A DNA stretch of 38,308 bases from a virus (Duplodnaviria; Caudoviricetes). This document shows positions 35,297 through 38,308 of this stretch, piece after piece. The DNA is taken from positions 1 through 38,308 of the IMG/VR virus record IMGVR_UViG_3300043410_000662; one strand, written 5' to 3'. The position numbers and the translations under genes were made by a program. The notes below the pieces were generated by a model, which was not told the origin of the DNA, did not search any database, and saw only the letters and a list, made by a program, of their open reading frames with translations. Each line of letters begins with the position of its first letter. Position 1 is the first letter of the stretch.

Positions 35297-37075
35297 TTAT
35301 AGTAAATCGCCTTTCACGTTGTTGATATGGACTTTATCGCCCAAATCATTACCCTTGTCGTCCTTGACATCCTCATCGATAAAGTCAAAAACGTCAAAAA
35401 TCAACTTATCTACCTTGTCACCTTCGTGACTAAACTCCCTATCCCCACCAGTGAAAACCACTTGGCGACGAACTCTCTGTTCAGCGGTATCTGTCTCGCT
35501 CTTGTAAATGTCCTTGACCTTGACCTCCCATTCTTTCTTAGTTTGGGTTATTAGCCATTCACACATACGCTTAGCAAAGGTATTCTTGTCCATGCTTTGA
35601 TTAGTGGCTATCTTGTAAATCTTGTACATTTCAGGTACAGAATAGCAGGAACTCTCTTTTGTCAGTGCTACCACTGTATTCATAAAGTGGTTGAAAGCGT
35701 TCTTTTGACGTTCAAGTCGCTGGTTGTAGTAAATGCCGTGTAGAGGTAATAGTTTATTAATCTCTTGGGGTTTGAATTCGGTGATGATATTGCCCAAAAA
35801 CTTAGCAATCTCAGTCTCATTCTGCCAATACTGCTCTTGCCAGCGTTGTAAAGTATCTGTTAGTTCGTCTTGATCAGCGCCTTTAACATCGTTCAGTTTT
35901 AATTCATTGGCTATTCTTGTTCGTAGATTTGTATTTGAAATAACTGGTTCTACACGGCGATCTTCGCTAGCACTACCACTATTAGATAACTGAATCGTAC
36001 CGCCGTAGCCGTTGTTCATAATAAAGAAACGAAACGTCCGTGGTTGTTGAGTAGCGTTCTCTCCCATACGTCTGAGTCTAAAGTTGTGACCGCCAGTTAA
36101 GTTCTTGAATTCATTGTAATCAATCGCTCTGCTATTACGCTCACTGATCTTGATCCATACTTTACCCCATAGATCACCGTTGTGTGTGCCAGTGAAAGTT
36201 TCACCGTTAGCTTCACCGCAACATTCTTCGGTAAAGATAATTTCAATGATACGAAAAATAGTATCACGACCGGCACCACCTACAGCACTGCTATCAATAT
36301 TAGGAGCAAAGATGTCTTCTGGCTTTACATAGGAATATGCTAGGTATTTCAGAATCTGATCTTTGTATTCTTTGTTACCGTCTACTAAGTTATCGAATAA
36401 GATATCGAACGAAAAGTGATGTGGCTGTCCAAAGATAGGTTTCAACCAAAACTTGTCACGCAGTTCAATCAGTTGATTCAGAACACCCTCACGAGGTTCC
36501 ATAAAGGTTCGTTCAACATCTCGATACATACGCCCACATCCTTGAGCAATCTTTTTGATAGTTAGTTCATTTTGTTCTACCCACCCAGTTTCACGTAGAA
36601 TCAAGTCTTTCATAGTTTCATTAGATACTGACTTTACGATAGGCTGATATCTGATGCCGTTAGAATAAATTAGATACCATTTACTTTCACTAGCAATGTA
36701 GTGAGCATTTAGTTGTTCCAAGGCTCGTTCGACATTCTCTACGCTGTTTTCTTGTCGTTCTACCTTGTCTGTAGTTTTTTCTGATTTAGTAATATCTAAG
36801 AAGATGTTATCGCATTTTTCTTCGCAATTTTTTACCTCATCTTGTTTGATGTCAAGAGCGGCTTTGGCTCTGTCCATATCTTGCTTGGTTTTAGATTTAT
36901 CTTTGCTTTCTGCCGCCGCATGTACAGCCTTAGTTGTTAACCAAACATTCTTTAGATGCTGAGCCTCTTCTTTTAAGATGTTTAGTCTATCTTGTTCTAC
37001 TTTAAGGTCTTGTCTCAGTTGATCTACAATTTGTTCTAATTGTTTTTTCTCTTGATTTGTTGTATTATTGTTCAC
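35297..37075 (-). CDS. Primase-associated SF3-like helicase (DUF5906/NrS-1-like) with N-terminal coiled coil (592 aa)
   Basis: LAY....P, P-loop GGAGRDT, F...HN..L.GK, K.LTGG....R.MG..A......RFFIMNN (motif C) and EDRR; directly follows the primase. Confidence 0.75.
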   Translation of the reverse strand: MNNNTTNQEKKQLEQIVDQLRQDLKVEQDRLNILKEEAQHLKNVWLTTKAVHAAAESKDKSKTKQDMDRAKAALDIKQDEVKNCEEKCDNIFLDITKSEKTTDKVERQENSVENVERALEQLNAHYIASESKWYLIYSNGIRYQPIVKSVSNETMKDLILRETGWVEQNELTIKKIAQGCGRMYRDVERTFMEPREGVLNQLIELRDKFWLKPIFGQPHHFSFDILFDNLVDGNKEYKDQILKYLAYSYVKPEDIFAPNIDSSAVGGAGRDTIFRIIEIIFTEECCGEANGETFTGTHNGDLWGKVWIKISERNSRAIDYNEFKNLTGGHNFRLRRMGENATQQPRTFRFFIMNNGYGGTIQLSNSGSASEDRRVEPVISNTNLRTRIANELKLNDVKGADQDELTDTLQRWQEQYWQNETEIAKFLGNIITEFKPQEINKLLPLHGIYYNQRLERQKNAFNHFMNTVVALTKESSCYSVPEMYKIYKIATNQSMDKNTFAKRMCEWLITQTKKEWEVKVKDIYKSETDTAEQRVRRQVVFTGGDREFSHEGDKVDKLIFDVFDFIDEDVKDDKGNDLGDKVHINNVKGDLL

Positions 37076-37076
37076 G

Positions 37077-37985
37077 TTATGCCTTTCTATATTTTGTTGA
37101 TAACTCTTGTAATAATTTCGAATATGCGGTTGGTTTTGGTTTAGGTCGTCTAAAGTTAGAGTTATACTGTCTAACCATATACACTAAGCCACCAACACCG
37201 CCAGTACGATTAGGGTTTCTACTACGCATTTTTTGTCGGTATTCTCCACGCTTATTTTCAGCCCATATGTCTTGTAATAGATGTTCAGCAACAGCATCGC
37301 CGAGTTCATTAGCGACAATACAAGTTACACGAAACCAATCGTCATATGCTAGCGTTGGACAATGCTGTTTCAGTTCTAGTAAAATCTCTTTTACATCTTC
37401 AAACTTTTCTTCTGTTAAGTCTTCTATTTCAACAGGTGTGTACGGCTTATTTTGTATGGCTGAGTGAGTATTGATTAGTTTAACCCACTTTTCTAGTAAT
37501 TCAATAGGTATTTCTGCTACTGGGCTAGTATCTAACCACATATACTGTCTGCCATCATTGAGTCGAGACGGTGGTAGAACACTTTGTCCACCAGTCCATC
37601 TAAACTCGAAGCCTTCACCATCACCAGCGCCTGGGGCGCTGGGTGGCTTTGTAACTATCTTTTTAGGGCGTACTAGTTCCCATGCTTCTGGTGGAACCGT
37701 GAAAGCCATTTGGCAACGATAGGGTTTTCCACTAGTCCATGAGGCTGTTGGTGGTAATGGGCATCCAATCTCCCGATCAAACCACTGCCATGCTGTCTCA
37801 CCATCGAAGTCGATTGCCATAACTCCACCGCTGTGTTCGCCTAGTATCAAGCCTATGTTCGTACTAGCAACTTGTTCGAGAGTGAGTGGTGTATTCTGCC
37901 AAGCGTCAGGGTATGGGCGTTTATCTCCAGCTCGGACGTTTGTATATCTCCATTGAGTAAATTTACTCAATTCATTATCTGTCAT
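37077..37985 (-). CDS. Prim-Pol (AEP-family primase-polymerase) with PriCT-2 domain (302 aa)
   Basis: KRP...WQ, NIGLILG..SGGVMAIDFDG (DxD), TSGK, EFR..G.QSVLPPS....Y.W, then YDDW.RV of PriCT-2; SD AAGGAGG. Confidence 0.9.
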   Translation of the reverse strand: MTDNELSKFTQWRYTNVRAGDKRPYPDAWQNTPLTLEQVASTNIGLILGEHSGGVMAIDFDGETAWQWFDREIGCPLPPTASWTSGKPYRCQMAFTVPPEAWELVRPKKIVTKPPSAPGAGDGEGFEFRWTGGQSVLPPSRLNDGRQYMWLDTSPVAEIPIELLEKWVKLINTHSAIQNKPYTPVEIEDLTEEKFEDVKEILLELKQHCPTLAYDDWFRVTCIVANELGDAVAEHLLQDIWAENKRGEYRQKMRSRNPNRTGGVGGLVYMVRQYNSNFRRPKPKPTAYSKLLQELSTKYRKA

Positions 37986-38109
37986 TTATTTTGCCTCCTT
38001 TGCTTATGACTCTCCTGAAATGATTTAACCCTGTGAGAAAGGGTGTCACGGTGTTCTCACGCACCGTGACTGTCATCTAGGAGGACGACTGCTGATAGCA
38101 TCAGCAATA
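37986..38109 (-). ncRNA. Four-hairpin structured leader of the primase gene
   Basis: Stems 38090-38106, 38072-38089, 38045-38070 and 38028-38044; a G-U pair in stem 2 favours the minus strand. Confidence 0.65.
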
Positions 38110-38142
38110 TATTTAGTATAACACACAACGGTGCTTTGTCAA
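38110..38142 (-). promoter_or_regulatory. Sigma70-type promoter TTGACA-16 nt-TATACT (extended TGn, A-tracts upstream) fused to ACTAAATA
   Basis: Minus strand cTTGACAaagcaccgttgtgtgtTATACTAAATA. Confidence 0.8.
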
Positions 38143-38308
38143 GTCTTTTTTCGACTTTTTTTCACCTTATTTTCCATTTTCGGCATCTGCCACTCACGAG
38201 CGCCTTTCTTTATTGTCGAAGTGCCGCCTAATCTAGACATCACTCGACCGAAAGCGTCATTCACTGGTGCTACAAACTGCTTGGCTTCATATTGTACTGC
38301 CTTACGCA
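38139..38308 (-). CDS. C-terminal 55 codons of an upstream gene (5'-truncated)
   Basis: Open frame RKAVQYEAKQFVAPVNDAFGRVMSRLGGTSTIKKGAREWQMPKMENKVKKSRKKT*; its TGA lies in the -35 box. Confidence 0.5.
   Translation of the reverse strand, partial: RKAVQYEAKQFVAPVNDAFGRVMSRLGGTSTIKKGAREWQMPKMENKVKKSRKKT

Noticed and set aside
1248-37722. The many plus-strand ORFs and short nested minus-strand ORFs in the track
   Set aside because: They are antisense or alternate-frame shadows of long, motif-bearing minus-strand genes and show no recognisable motifs.
37986-38109. Hairpin cluster as a tRNA
   Set aside because: No acceptor stem enclosing the arms, no TTCGA T-loop and no CCA.
1-38308. Prophage with host flanks, or alternative genetic code
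   Set aside because: No integrase, repressor or host housekeeping genes are seen, and all genes read full length in the standard code.

Overview
A gene-dense segment, probably most of a genome, of a tailed dsDNA phage with a non-contractile (siphovirus-type) tail. Every credible gene is on the minus strand. In transcription order (right to left): a partial ORF; Prim-Pol/PriCT-2 primase; SF3-like helicase with degenerate motifs; a candidate origin; a CoiA-like nuclease; a coiled-coil protein; a ~255-nt non-coding unit; an amino-DNA methyltransferase inside 46-bp direct repeats; eight small unknown genes; TerS, TerL, portal, Dps, scaffold and major capsid; neck and tail genes including a lambda-type GGGAAAG frameshifted chaperone, tape measure and a 1804-aa tip protein; then >11 kb of fibre genes with two BppU-like adaptors and a GIY-YIG-like endonuclease. 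The least explained signal is regulatory. A T4-late-promoter-like octamer (GATAAATA and variants) sits at many gene boundaries although no late sigma factor is visible, and it is often followed by structured RNA: a four-hairpin primase leader with complementary loops and an anti-SD loop, a switch-like capsid leader, and a stand-alone ncRNA. One hypothesis (inference only) is a self-packaging phage that borrows the late transcription and replication machinery of a T4-like helper. All calls are by eye; no searches or folding programs were run.
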